The position numbers and the translations under genes are program-made. This document shows, piece by piece, positions 22,753 through 34,038 of a stretch of DNA of 64,000 bases. The stretch lies in the NCBI GenBank assembly GCA_000004985.1, contig GG738888.1. One strand, 5' to 3'. The DNA is from Naegleria gruberi. Its lineage: Eukaryota. Numbering within the stretch: position 1 is the stretch's first letter; each line of letters opens with the position of its first letter. The notes under the pieces are model-generated. The model made no database searches. It was given only the letters and a program-made list of their open reading frames with translations, and was not told the origin of the DNA.

Positions 22753-24589
22753 ATGGATATTTTCTGTGTGTGTATAGCAGAATTTGATTTACTCAAAGGA
22801 AACACACTTTCACATGTGTATCCACCCGAACGAAGAACTATCCTAAACACTTTCACATCTCATTTGGGAGATTATTGTCTTCCGGATGGTGCTCACTATT
22901 TTGAAGAGGATGCTACCTATCTGGTAATTCCTTCAAATGTTGTGAGTTCTTCTCTGTATAGTTATTTGAAATCGGGTGCTTCTTCTAACAATGTTTCTAG
23001 TGTTTCGAATAGTGAGAATAGTTCAGTTGTTAATAATACACAACAAGTAATGGAATTTATTGAACCCTATGTGGATAAACCAATGTATGCTCATTGTTTA
23101 TTTAGAAATAAGAAGGATGAACGTGTCAAGAGAGGCGCCATTCAAAAGTCAATTATTTTATTTTCATCAAAACCATTATTTACTGTTTATGAGAATTTAT
23201 TGAGATTGGCATTGAATAGAATTTTGGATTTGGATAATATTCACTTACAGGTTAATGCTACAGCTACTAAGAAACAACCAGGTGAAGAATTAAACGAAAC
23301 GGATTTAAATCTTTTGAATCAAGTTCATGATCAGATTAATGATACTTTGAAAGAGTTTTATAACGAGTGCAGAAATTGTAACATGTTACAATTGAAATTA
23401 TTCCCAAATACTGATACTATTACTTTGAATATTCCACGTCAGATTGATCCATTCACACCAATTGCATTTACACATGGAACTTCTCTTGTACAATTAGTTC
23501 AATATTTTGGATTGGAAACAATGCTTGTTTGTTGGAATGCTCTATTATTGGATAAGAGAATTATGGTAATTGGTTCACCTGCCAAGTTGGTTTCACAGAT
23601 CTGTCTCACTCTTCCTCTCTTGATTTATCCATTCCAATATAATGTCAATCGTGTACATCCATATGTGCCACTCTCAGAGATGGATGATGTGTTATCTGCA
23701 ACTTCTAAAATTCCAGAATATATCATTGGTACGACGAATGCTCTCTTTGAAACTCAAGGAAAAAATCAGAGAACTCAATGGTGGGATGTTTGTTTGAGTG
23801 TCAATTCTAGAAAAGTTCAACTTGCTGAAAAGATGCCACCTCATTTCGGTGGCTCTGATTTGGCATTCCTCAATACAAATGATAGCGAAGACGTTCAAAT
23901 TGAAAAGCTCAATGCCTATCAGAAAGTATTCATGTTAAATGTCATTAGTGGAGTGAGAGATGGAAAGAGTGAACAATGGGTTCGTGATCAGTTCAAAACT
24001 CACAATCTCAAGTTTATTACCGAATTATTGACAAAGGGAAAGCTTACTGATATAGTTGAGAATGTTCCGTCTGATGTAGGTGTCGATCCACAAAAACAAC
24101 AAGTGGCTTTGAAGAATATTTCAGGAGGTCAATTGAAAAAGATTCAAAGACAGTTCATTGCTGAATCCTCCAAGTTTAGAACCTATGCTTTCAAACAATA
24201 TTCAACATTTAGAAGTTCACACTGTAGTGGAGATAAGAGTGATGACAAACAATCGGAATCTGTTCTCCAATTATTGCAATATTTACAGGTCGATAGGATT
24301 ATCAAGAAGCAAAAGCTTAAATACTTGTTTGATTTGGATAAGATGTTGTGTAATGTTGATCAAATTGACTTGTTATTGTCAGTTAGTGATAATTCAAGTA
24401 TTTTTACAACTATTAAGAATAACAAGTGGTTAATTGATGATAATAATCAGTGGAGAAAGTACAGTGCCAGTATTTTATCCCAATTGGCAATTAGTGTTAA
24501 AGGTCAAATTCAATTATTGTCTCTTCTTCCATCTATCAAACTCTTGACCGAAGATTCAATGCCAAATGTCAAGAGAATTGGTTATTACT
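22753..24589 (+). CDS. DENN-domain protein (AVL9/DENND6-like), 3'-truncated by assembly gap
   Basis: Core DENN signature LVCWNALLLDKRIMVIGSPAKLVSQICLTLPLLIYPFQYNVNRVHPYVPLSEMDDVLSATSKIPEYIIGTTNALF. The uDENN-like N-terminus is IFCVCIAEFDLLKGNTLSHVYPPE. The ORF runs into N's at 24590. Confidence 0.6.
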
Positions 24590-25984
24590 NNNNNNNNNNN
24601 NNNNNNNNNNNNNNNNNNNNNNNNNNNNNNNNNNNNNNNNNNNNNNNNNNNNNNNNNNNNNNNNNNNNNNNNNNNNNNNNNNNNNNNNNNNNNNNNNNNN
24701 NNNNNNNNNNNNNNNNNNNNNNNNNNNNNNNNNNNNNNNNNNNNNNNNNNNNNNNNNNNNNNNNNNNNNNNNNNNNNNNNNNNNNNNNNNNNNNNNNNNN
24801 NNNNNNNNNNNNNNNNNNNNNNNNNNNNNNNNNNNNNNNNNNNNNNNNNNNNNNNNNNNNNNNNNNNNNNNNNNNNNNNNNNNNNNNNNNNNNNNNNNNN
24901 NNNNNNNNNNNNNNNNNNNNNNNNNNNNNNNNNNNNNNNNNNNNNNNNNNNNNNNNNNNNNNNNNNNNNNNNNNNNNNNNNNNNNNNNNNNNNNNNNNNN
25001 NNNNNNNNNNNNNNNNNNNNNNNNNNNNNNNNNNNNNNNNNNNNNNNNNNNNNNNNNNNNNNNNNNNNNNNNNNNNNNNNNNNNNNNNNNNNNNNNNNNN
25101 NNNNNNNNNNNNNNNNNNNNNNNNNNNNNNNNNNNNNNNNNNNNNNNNNNNNNNNNNNNNNNNNNNNNNNNNNNNNNNNNNNNNNNNNNNNNNNNNNNNN
25201 NNNNNNNNNNNNNNNNNNNNNNNNNNNNNNNNNNNNNNNNNNNNNNNNNNNNNNNNNNNNNNNNNNNNNNNNNNNNNNNNNNNNNNNNNNNNNNNNNNNN
25301 NNNNNNNNNNNNNNNNNNNNNNNNNNNNNNNNNNNNNNNNNNNNNNNNNNNNNNNNNNNNNNNNNNNNNNNNNNNNNNNNNNNNNNNNNNNNNNNNNNNN
25401 NNNNNNNNNNNNNNNNNNNNNNNNNNNNNNNNNNNNNNNNNNNNNNNNNNNNNNNNNNNNNNNNNNNNNNNNNNNNNNNNNNNNNNNNNNNNNNNNNNNN
25501 NNNNNNNNNNNNNNNNNNNNNNNNNNNNNNNNNNNNNNNNNNNNNNNNNNNNNNNNNNNNNNNNNNNNNNNNNNNNNNNNNNNNNNNNNNNNNNNNNNNN
25601 NNNNNNNNNNNNNNNNNNNNNNNNNNNNNNNNNNNNNNNNNNNNNNNNNNNNNNNNNNNNNNNNNNNNNNNNNNNNNNNNNNNNNNNNNNNNNNNNNNNN
25701 NNNNNNNNNNNNNNNNNNNNNNNNNNNNNNNNNNNNNNNNNNNNNNNNNNNNNNNNNNNNNNNNNNNNNNNNNNNNNNNNNNNNNNNNNNNNNNNNNNNN
25801 NNNNNNNNNNNNNNNNNNNNNNNNNNNNNNNNNNNNNNNNNNNNNNNNNNNNNNNNNNNNNNNNNNNNNNNNNNNNNNNNNNNNNNNNNNNNNNNNNNNN
25901 NNNNNNNNNNNNNNNNNNNNNNNNNNNNNNNNNNNNNNNNNNNNNNNNNNNNNNNNNNNNNNNNNNNNNNNNNNNNNNNNNNNN
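24590..25984. other. Assembly gap (1395 N)
   Basis: Contiguous run of n. ORFs composed of X across it are artefacts. Confidence 1.
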
Positions 25985-26454
25985 TGACAATCTGTTATTT
26001 GTGTGGAATTTGATCGCATGTCAGTAGCATTAGAATTACTTAGAGGAAAGTGGACGAAATGGCAATAATCTGATGGCGTGATTGTTGACGCATGCATGTC
26101 ATTTTCCATTTGCTGATTTTTCGCTTTGTTCAATTCTTCCAAAATCGAATATTCACTATCAACATGCATATTAGGATTACTGACATGTGTCTCGACATGC
26201 ATCTTGACAGGTAAGCTCATTACACTAGCTAAACTATCCTTCTTAGATAAAACTCTAAATTGTGATGTTGGCTCTTGATGTTTCTCCACATGAAATACGA
26301 AATAATTATCCAAAAATCTTTCGTTTAATAAAGTCTTTCTTAAACGTTGAGTTTTCAGTTTGTTTTCACGTTTGGCTATTCGCATGGAAGTTCTCAATGT
26401 TTCGTCTATGAAGGAAACATCTCTTTGATTGAGTTTCGAATAAGGTTGTGGCAT
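25985..26454 (-). CDS. Divergent, longer member of the DET-KT-NRI / LFLLQLCCAL small-protein family (5' part only; 3' end lost in gap)
   Basis: The N-terminus, SFIDETLRTSMRIAKRENKLKTQRLRKTLLNERFLDNYFVFHVEKHQEPTSQFRVL, shares the family core motif with the downstream tandem copies. Confidence 0.5.
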
Positions 26455-26767
26455 GTTTTTTTTTAGTTGGAAAGTTTCAAACTTTCTTCATGCACAAGGG
26501 TAATATCGAACAAGTCTGGTTGTGAGCACATTCAAAATGGTCAATGGAAAGATTTTTTAAAGTACATGGTTATGGCATTATCCAAAAAGGGAACATTGAT
26601 GGTCAATTAAGGTTTTTGCACATCAATTCAAAGTTGCCTTGTATAGTGCAATGAGTTCTTCCACAATAATTGTTGGTTAATACTAGCAATCAAAAGTTAA
26701 AAGTTCCATTTTTGAACATTAACTTTAATACTGTTCTGTTGTCTGTTGTAAAAGTCAATTTTTATTA

Positions 26768-27049
26768 TTACAATGTCGCATGAATGAAATTATGCGTTTT
26801 ATTGTTCTGATAATGGCACTCTTCTAAAATAGAAGTTTGATACTTGCTAATTATTGAGGCACATGATTCGTTTCGTTTCTTATCGGTCTGTATGTGCTTA
26901 ATGAAGTTGAGAAAACTTTCGAAAGTACACGTTTCGGTTTCACCACTTTCATCATCTAATAAGAATGTGGAAAGTAGTGGTTTTTCTGCAATAATTCTTG
27001 TATAAATTTCAAGGTTTCCATTCAATTTGTTTGTGAACATTAACATCAT
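26768..27049 (-). CDS. Small hypothetical ORF (93 aa)
   Basis: ORF only. It lies between family members and has no recognised motif. Confidence 0.2.
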   Translation of the reverse strand: MMLMFTNKLNGNLEIYTRIIAEKPLLSTFLLDDESGETETCTFESFLNFIKHIQTDKKRNESCASIISKYQTSILEECHYQNNKTHNFIHATL

Positions 27050-27478
27050 TTTCTGGAAGAAAGGATTTAAAATCGTTCAGCCAAGTTACCATATCAAACA
27101 AATGTGTTCATAAATGCTTCAAACTAATAATGTTCTGCTAATCATTAAGCATTACCGGATAGATTATCATTTTTCTTCTGAAAGATAATCAAATTCAAAC
27201 TTATTAGAGATTGGAAAATAGTGGTATTGTTTCTGCCTCATTTCAGTGTCACTTTGCCAGCATGGAATTGTCACAACAGGATATGGAACTGTGTGCTTAA
27301 TGAAGTTTCCAATGAATGTTGATGAGAATCCTTTCGAATACAATCTGTTTCAGTTTCACTTAAAGTAGCGAGATGGGTAAAACAGAGATATTACTCAAAA
27401 GATTAGTTCTCAAAACACAAGATCCCATTCTAAATCGCAGATATGAAAATCATGAGAGTTGCGACTCAACTGAGATTT

Positions 27479-27937
27479 TTATTGGAAGAAGTTTCTGTTT
27501 TGTCCTTGATCCATAAGAGCACAACACAATTGCAGTAGAAATAAATCGAATTGTTGCTGATGGTTGTGGATAGTGTTTGTAGTTTCTTCTGGTTGTTGTG
27601 TTTCATTTCGAATGATATTTGTTTCGAATAATTGATTTTGCTCGTGGTTATAGTTTGCTGATTGCAAGTTGTTGATCTTTGGTGGAGAAGTGCTAACGTG
27701 TTTAGTCACAATTAATTGTTCACTTTCGAATGATTTGGATCCATCAATTCGAAAGACAACAGTTTCGTCCTTTTCAGGGTTCAAAACAAAGTAATTCTTC
27801 AATAAATCATCATTACACAATTGTTTTCTCAACTCGTGTTTGGCAGATATCTTTACCTTCTTTTGAATTCTATTCAAAGTTTTACAAGTTTCGTCCTTGA
27901 ACATTATTTGTTTCGTCTTCTTATTCGAATTATTCAT
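27479..27937 (-). CDS. Family member A: small basic protein (152 aa), novel tandem family
   Basis: MFKDETCKTLNRIQKKVKISAKHELRKQLCNDDLLKNYFVLNPEKDETVVFRI ... FDLFLLQLCCALMDQGQNRNFFQ. The N- and C-termini are conserved and the middle is variable and Q/H/P-rich. Confidence 0.65.
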   Translation of the reverse strand: MNNSNKKTKQIMFKDETCKTLNRIQKKVKISAKHELRKQLCNDDLLKNYFVLNPEKDETVVFRIDGSKSFESEQLIVTKHVSTSPPKINNLQSANYNHEQNQLFETNIIRNETQQPEETTNTIHNHQQQFDLFLLQLCCALMDQGQNRNFFQ

Positions 27938-28815
27938 CTTTGAGTTATTTTATTTAATATTAATTCAATGTCCAGCACACATGTTTCCATGATCAAAAGT
28001 TTGCCTTTATCAACTGAACCTGCCAAATTGTCCTTTTTGATATTGACAATCAGATGTGCTGCATTCAAACAATCACATTTACAAACTTAAAACGAAAGGA
28101 GATATTCGATATGGAAAATTGCAATTTCATTATGGAATTACGAGACAATTGAGGCTCTTTCAAATTTTGGCTTCATGACCTCGAGGGAAAACACTTTAAA
28201 AGGAATTATCTTTATTTGTCAAATTTTCATGGAAATGAGATTGTGGGAGCTCAATATCACAACATTTAAATAATTACAAATGTGAGAATGGGAAGAACAA
28301 GCAGATTCGACGAAAGGAACACTGAGGTAGTTTGATAGAGTTGATATTCTTTCGTGTGATGATGAACTAAACCAAGTAGCCCACAAGCTATGAGAGTCTT
28401 GGATGGTTTGCTGGTTGTGTTGTTTTAAAAAGAAAGAAAACAATTCATCTATGATATTAATCCACACTTCATATAAAATATCTAAAAATTATTGCTATTT
28501 TCTTAAAGTATCTAAAAATTATTAAAGTAATTTGCCTTGTAATTAAACAAATTTACTATATTGGTTATCATTTTACTTGCTCGTTAGATATCTAAGTTTC
28601 TTGTGATGCGTCCATTATTCGAAAGCCAAATCCTCCATGCATGTAAGCCAAAAAACTGTCATCCTTTCGAATGAACACACTTCAATTTTGCTAAAGCAGA
28701 TCAATAGTGCTTCAACTGATAATTGATTTAATGTTGGGTCTCTTCAATAATAATACGACATACCTAATCAACAAGTGCATTAACTGATGAGTGGGAGAAA
28801 TCTCAATTTACAGAT

Positions 28816-29262
28816 TTATTGAAAATTATTTCTGTTTTCTCCTTGATCTAATTGTGCACAACATAACTGCAGAAGGAATAGATTTAATTGTTGATGGTTG
28901 TGGAGAGAGTTTGAAGTTTCGTCTAGTTGGGGATCATTTCGAATGGTTTCTAATGATTGAACAAGTGGAATTGGCTCTTGGTTTTGATATGATACGTTGC
29001 TGATCTTTGGTGGAGAGGAGCTGACTTGTTTAGTTACAATTAATTGCTCATTTTCGAATGATTTAATGTCATCAATGCGAAAGACTGAAGTTTCGTCTTT
29101 TTCTCTATCCAAAACAAAGTAATTCTTCAATAATTCATCATTGCATAATTGTTTCCTGAGTTCGTGCTTGGCAGACTTTACTTTCTTCTTGTTTATTCTA
29201 TTCAATGTTTTACTAGTTTCGTCTGTGAACATTAGTTTCGGATTCTTTCCATTATTCATCAT
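28816..29262 (-). CDS. Family member B (148 aa)
   Basis: LMFTDETSKTLNRINKKKVKSAKHELRKQLCNDELLKNYFVLDREKDETSVFRI ... LNLFLLQLCCAQLDQGENRNNFQ. Most similar to member A. Confidence 0.65.
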   Translation of the reverse strand: MMNNGKNPKLMFTDETSKTLNRINKKKVKSAKHELRKQLCNDELLKNYFVLDREKDETSVFRIDDIKSFENEQLIVTKQVSSSPPKISNVSYQNQEPIPLVQSLETIRNDPQLDETSNSLHNHQQLNLFLLQLCCAQLDQGENRNNFQ

Positions 29263-30496
29263 GGAATCTTTTTGGTATTTTATTTGATCACGTAATTTGA
29301 GATTTTTGCTTCTGAACCTGTCAACAATTCAGCAAGGACTTTAGCACCACTTTCTATCAAGAAATTTCCAACAGAAAGAGTTGTATAGTTGACAGATATC
29401 AAAATTAAGGCACCTGACATGTGTCATGAGAGGAAGATAAGGTTGAATAAAAACGAAACATGTTAAATTTAGTTTATTTCTTTTTTGTTTATTTCTCGTA
29501 GAAGCTCCTCTTCTTTGCAGACCTCTATTTTCTCCATTACTCTTTAAGGAAATAATTAGTGACTTTCTTTTTAGAAACAAGAGTTTCGGATATCAAAATA
29601 TTAATAATAATACCTTTTCATTAAATAGGCAATCCACATTTTCCAAAAACACTTTAATCATGTAGAAAAGGGAGAATTCATTTATAGACTTTTCAGTCGA
29701 AATTTACCATTTGTTGATTTGTAATTATTCGAAAATGATTTATTTCAGAAATGATGAGTATCCTTTGTTATATTTCACTGAATAGTTTTTCAGAAAAAGT
29801 TTTCCACTATCACTCACTACATGTGTTGAAACACATTGTTGAACAAAGTTCTGAGTTATTTTTAATACTCTTCAATTCCACTTAATAATGCTTTCATTTA
29901 CAATTATTGTACATTAAAATTGTGTTTGTTGATGAATTGATGTAAATTCTTGCCAGGTTTGATGTGACAGACTGATTCGGTCTGGTTGACAATACATGAA
30001 CACACTACTAGCTGTTGATTGTTGATCCTCTAGATTCAATCTATTTGATTGTGGTATTAAAATGTTACATGACCACACCTTTTTTTGACACACATGTACA
30101 TGTAGCTGTTGTGTGCATGTTCAGCAATTTAACAAATATGATAACAATTGAAGCATGCTATATCTCTTTCGAAACCTCCACTATTAACTTTCTTCTAACA
30201 ACATTATTCCGGTGCTACATGTAAGCACACATGGTCAGCATGTTATTTCTTTTTTGTTTGAACGTATTGGAAGTCTACATGTTGTAACCTCAACAACATG
30301 ATGACTTTCTAATATTTCAATTTCACCAAAAGCAGTGAAATGACTCATTTTAAGCAGGCAAATTGCTTTTAAACGATCTAATGAATTTGTAACAGTGGTA
30401 TTATTCAAGATTAGTTTGCCTAAATCTGCCTTCTTCGCGTAATTGACTGGCCGAAAGTCATGGATGAGAAAATTTACAAATCTCCAACTTGCAGAT

Positions 30497-30946
30497 TTAT
30501 TGAAAGCAACTTCTTTTTTGCCCTTCTTGTTGGTGAATGAGTGCACAACACAATTGTAGAAGGAATTGGTTCATTTCTTGTTGGTTGTGGATGGTGTTTA
30601 TAATTTCGTCTGGTTGTGGATCATTTCGAATGGTTTCAGATACTTGTACTGGTGGATTTGGTTCATGGTGATGAGTTGATTGGACGTTAGTGACCATTGA
30701 GTGTTTAGTCACAATTACTTGCTCATTTTCTAATGGTGTGTTTTCAATTCGAAAGACAACAGTTTCGTCCTTTTCAGGGTTCAAAACAAAGTAATTCTTT
30801 AATAAATCATCATTACACAACTGTTTTCTCAATTCATGTTTGGCAGATATCTTTTCCTTCTTCTTATGTATTCTATTCAATGTTTTACAAGTTTCGTCCA
30901 TAAACTTTATAACTTTCTCCTTCTTTCTAATATTCGAATTTTTCAT
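30497..30946 (-). CDS. Family member C (149 aa)
   Basis: KFMDETCKTLNRIHKKKEKISAKHELRKQLCNDDLLKNYFVLNPEKDETVVFRIENTPLENEQ ... MNQFLLQLCCALIHQQEGQKRSCFQ. About 90 percent identical to member E, including flanking DNA. Confidence 0.65.
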   Translation of the reverse strand: MKNSNIRKKEKVIKFMDETCKTLNRIHKKKEKISAKHELRKQLCNDDLLKNYFVLNPEKDETVVFRIENTPLENEQVIVTKHSMVTNVQSTHHHEPNPPVQVSETIRNDPQPDEIINTIHNQQEMNQFLLQLCCALIHQQEGQKRSCFQ

Positions 30947-31379
30947 TGGTTTGAGAGTTTTTTATTTTAATTTGTACAGACCTGTCATCATCAGTACGTA
31001 TGTGAAGCATGAACAATTATAATTTGTAACTTCTAATCTGAGAATTTGAGATTATAGAGTTGAATTTGGCAATTAATTTTGTCCTTTTCAGAGCATCAAA
31101 TTGAAGTGTTTACATGGGTGATACAATGACATCTAACTGAAGTGTTTGACGTGTTTGTGAAATGAAGTTTATTCGAAATTAAACGTAATTTTCTAATTGT
31201 TCCATTCAGGATCAAGTCAAATTTGATTCTTGTTCATTGACTACGGTCCTTTTCATTGATGTTCACTAATCTTAATTTAGATGCCAATTTGAAAAGGCAA
31301 GTAAATGTTCTAAAACTATTGTTTATTGGATGGAGATGATAGCTCTTGGCCAGTTTCGTAAACTCGTCTTGGAAACGAA

Positions 31380-31810
31380 AAATCTTAAAGATTCAGAGAA
31401 ATTATTTCTGTTTTCTCCTTGCTCTAATTGTGCACAACATAACTGTGGAAGGAATAGATTGAATTGTTGGTTGTGGAGAGAGAGTTTGAAGTTTTGTCGA
31501 GTTGGGGATCATTTCTAAGTTGCCGATCTTTGGTGGAGAAATCGATAAAATAATAGAGAAACAATAAAGAGATTGAATAAATTGAGAGTTTATTGAAAGC
31601 ATAAATATGTGGGTGCCGTAGCTTTGTTGGCAGACAACATCTCATGTTGCAGTCCGGATGGCAATTGCCTTAATGATCATCTCCTTATTGTCCTATACCA
31701 AAAATGATTGTTGTTTAATGAAATATCGAAGTTAGTATATTGCTTTGAGTGTGCAATATTAGTTTCGTCTGTTATTCGAATTATTCATTGTGGAATCATT
31801 TTGATACGTA
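31380..31810 (-). pseudogene. Decayed B-type family copy (member D) with internal deletions
   Basis: 31390-31518 aligns to the 3' coding part of member B (attatttctgttttctccttg.tctaattgtgcacaacataactg..gaaggaatagatt.aattgttg...gttgtggagagag.tttgaagttt.gtc.agttggggatcatttc). 31740-31830 aligns to the B start region and 5' flank (gtttcgtctgt...cattgtggaatcattttgatacgtaatttgagatttttacttct). The middle is deleted and no intact ORF remains. Confidence 0.55.
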
Positions 31811-32501
31811 ATTTGAGATTTTTACTTCTTACCCTATCAACAAGCCACCAACTATCCAAAACAAAAGAAGAGCATGTGACCTATTGCATGTGTTGTTGCT
31901 TGATTTCACTGAATAGTTGTCTATATGTTGATCAGTTGATGTGTAATTTGTGCCAATCATCTTGATCCAAAAATGTGAAAGTTGTGTTTTTGAGATAATA
32001 ATTTAGAACTATAACATCTAGATGGGTTACATGTTGATATTCTAGATTCAATCACTATTCAATAATTCTTGGTATGATGTTAAGTGACTGGTTCATCTTT
32101 TTTGAGGCGTATTTGTTGCTGCTGTGCATGTTCAGCTGATATCCATAGCGATGAGGCAACATGCTATCTCATTCGAAACTAGACTTTTTACCAACATTAT
32201 TCGAAAGCTACATGTCAGTCAGTGAAAGGTCAGTCAGCTTGCTGTTGTTATTTCTTTTTTTTGTTAACGAATATTAATCCATCCACATGTTGTAATTTCC
32301 ACGCTCAACTTAACAGCATTCTAATATTTCAATTTCACCAAAAGCAATCATCTGACTCAATTTGAACAATCAATTGTTGCTTTTAAACGATCTAATCTAA
32401 TTAATACATGTGGTATTATTCAAGATTAGTTTGCCTAAATCTGCTAAATTGACTAGCCGAAAGTCGTTGGATTTATGGGAGAAATCTCCAAACTTGCAGA
32501 T

Positions 32502-32954
32502 TTATTGAAAGCAATTTCTGTTTTGCCCTTCTTGTTGGTGAATGAGAGCACAATACAATTGTAGAAGGAATAGGTTCATTTCTTGTTGGTTGTGGATGGT
32601 GTTTATAATTTCGTCTGGTTGTGGATCATTTCGAATGGTTTCAGATGCTTGTACTGGTGGAAGTGGTTCATGGTGGGCGTTATTGACTATTGAATGAGAA
32701 GTGCTGACATGTTTAGTCACAATTAATTGCTCATTTTCTAATGGTGTGTTTTCAATTCGAAAGACAACAGTTTCGTCCTTTTCTGGGTTCAAAACAAAGT
32801 AATTCTTTAATAATTCATCATGACACAACTGTTTTCTCAGTTCATGTTTGACAGACATCTTTACCTTCTTCTTTTGTATTCTATTCAATGTTTTACAAGT
32901 TTCGTCCATAAACTTTAGACCTTTCTCCTTCTTTCTAATATTCGAATTTTTCAT
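32502..32954 (-). CDS. Family member E (150 aa)
   Basis: KFMDETCKTLNRIQKKKVKMSVKHELRKQLCHDELLKNYFVLNPEKDETVVFRIENTPLENEQ ... MNLFLLQLYCALIHQQEGQNRNCFQ. Confidence 0.65.
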   Translation of the reverse strand: MKNSNIRKKEKGLKFMDETCKTLNRIQKKKVKMSVKHELRKQLCHDELLKNYFVLNPEKDETVVFRIENTPLENEQLIVTKHVSTSHSIVNNAHHEPLPPVQASETIRNDPQPDEIINTIHNQQEMNLFLLQLYCALIHQQEGQNRNCFQ

Positions 32955-33243
32955 TGGTTTGAGAGTTTTTTTATTTTAATTTGTATAGACCTGTCATCAT
33001 CAGTTACAAGACCTCCAATATGTAAGCGACGCATGAACCAGATTGTTTTCATTCCTTGTAACGACACATATCTGATGAATTTGAGATTTTTGTTTTGAAT
33101 TGAGTAATTAATTTTGTCCTTTTCAGAGTAGAGACATCAAAGTGTTTCTAAAACAATACCAATAAAATTCCTTATTTGATTCTTGTTTGGTTTTAAGCAG
33201 TTTTTGAAAAATGTTGTATAATAGAAAGTAGACGAAAGTTTGT

Positions 33244-33648
33244 TCAGTTTAATAATTCTTTTATTGATATTGAAGTTCTGACTACTCGTGTAATGTTTCT
33301 ATTAAAATTTGACTTATTCATTAATTGCGAGCTATTTTGATTAGTTTGCCATGTTTCAGGTTTAGTTTCTAATAGTTTCTTTTCTTTTTTTCGTTTTGGA
33401 GGTTTCTTTGTTATTCCCTTCTTGTTGCAGACCTTCCACTTTTCAAGAGTCTCAGTCTTGGTCACTATCATTCTATTAGAAGAATAATTATTGGACGAAT
33501 CCCCTTTCTTTGGTCTTCCTCTTCTTCTTTTCATTGTTTCTTCTACGCCATTACTGTTTTTTGGTGGTGGCGAGAATTCCACCATAGAGAATGTGTGATA
33601 ATTATTAATCTTGTAGGAAGATGCAGATGCTGTATTGATTAGTGTCAT
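33244..33648 (-). CDS. AT-hook (RGRP) basic protein, hypothetical
   Basis: MKRRRGRPKKGDSS is a canonical AT-hook core, R-G-R-P flanked by K/R. A Lys-rich tail, KKPPKRKKEKK, follows. The gene lies inside the tandem family array. Confidence 0.4.
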   Translation of the reverse strand: MTLINTASASSYKINNYHTFSMVEFSPPPKNSNGVEETMKRRRGRPKKGDSSNNYSSNRMIVTKTETLEKWKVCNKKGITKKPPKRKKEKKLLETKPETWQTNQNSSQLMNKSNFNRNITRVVRTSISIKELLN

Positions 33649-34038
33649 TTTTGTTTTTTGAAAAAGAAAATTACATGAAACAGGTTTTCATTAAAAAGGC
33701 AATCCATAAAGTTTCTTTTTAATGGGAGATTAGGTGCATTTCAGTCATGTCCACTTTAAGATATCAACACACATTCTTTGAAATGCTTTCTCGAAGGAGC
33801 ATTTCATGTAATGCAGCTATTTAATACCGTTACATTACAATACGATTGAAAAGGCAAGTAATTGTTCCAAAAACAGTTGGAAATGAAATCTAAATGGAGT
33901 GTTTTAAAGGAGATGATAGCTCTTGGCCAGATTGGTATTTTTATGCCTATGGTTAAACACCCGACCCGGTTATTCAAGATTGAGAAAAATTGAGTGTGGG
34001 TGGAAACTTGGTTTCGAATAATTGTTTATTGGTGAATG

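Noticed and set aside
24566-25990. Long ORFs composed of X (24566..25987 plus, 24569..25990 minus) and the X-containing tails of 22753..26013 and 24556..26454
   Set aside because: They are translations of the N-run assembly gap, not sequence.
28791-29003. Plus-strand ORFs 28791..29003 and 31330..31518 (and 30840..31022) that look related to each other
   Set aside because: They are antisense read-throughs of the conserved coding sequence of family members B, D and C. Their similarity is a by-product of the minus-strand paralogs.
30235-30546. ORF 30235..30546 minus downstream of family member C
   Set aside because: It lies in the duplicated 3' flank. The homologous position in the E unit (about 32250-32500) has no intact ORF, so it is probably non-coding UTR or flank.
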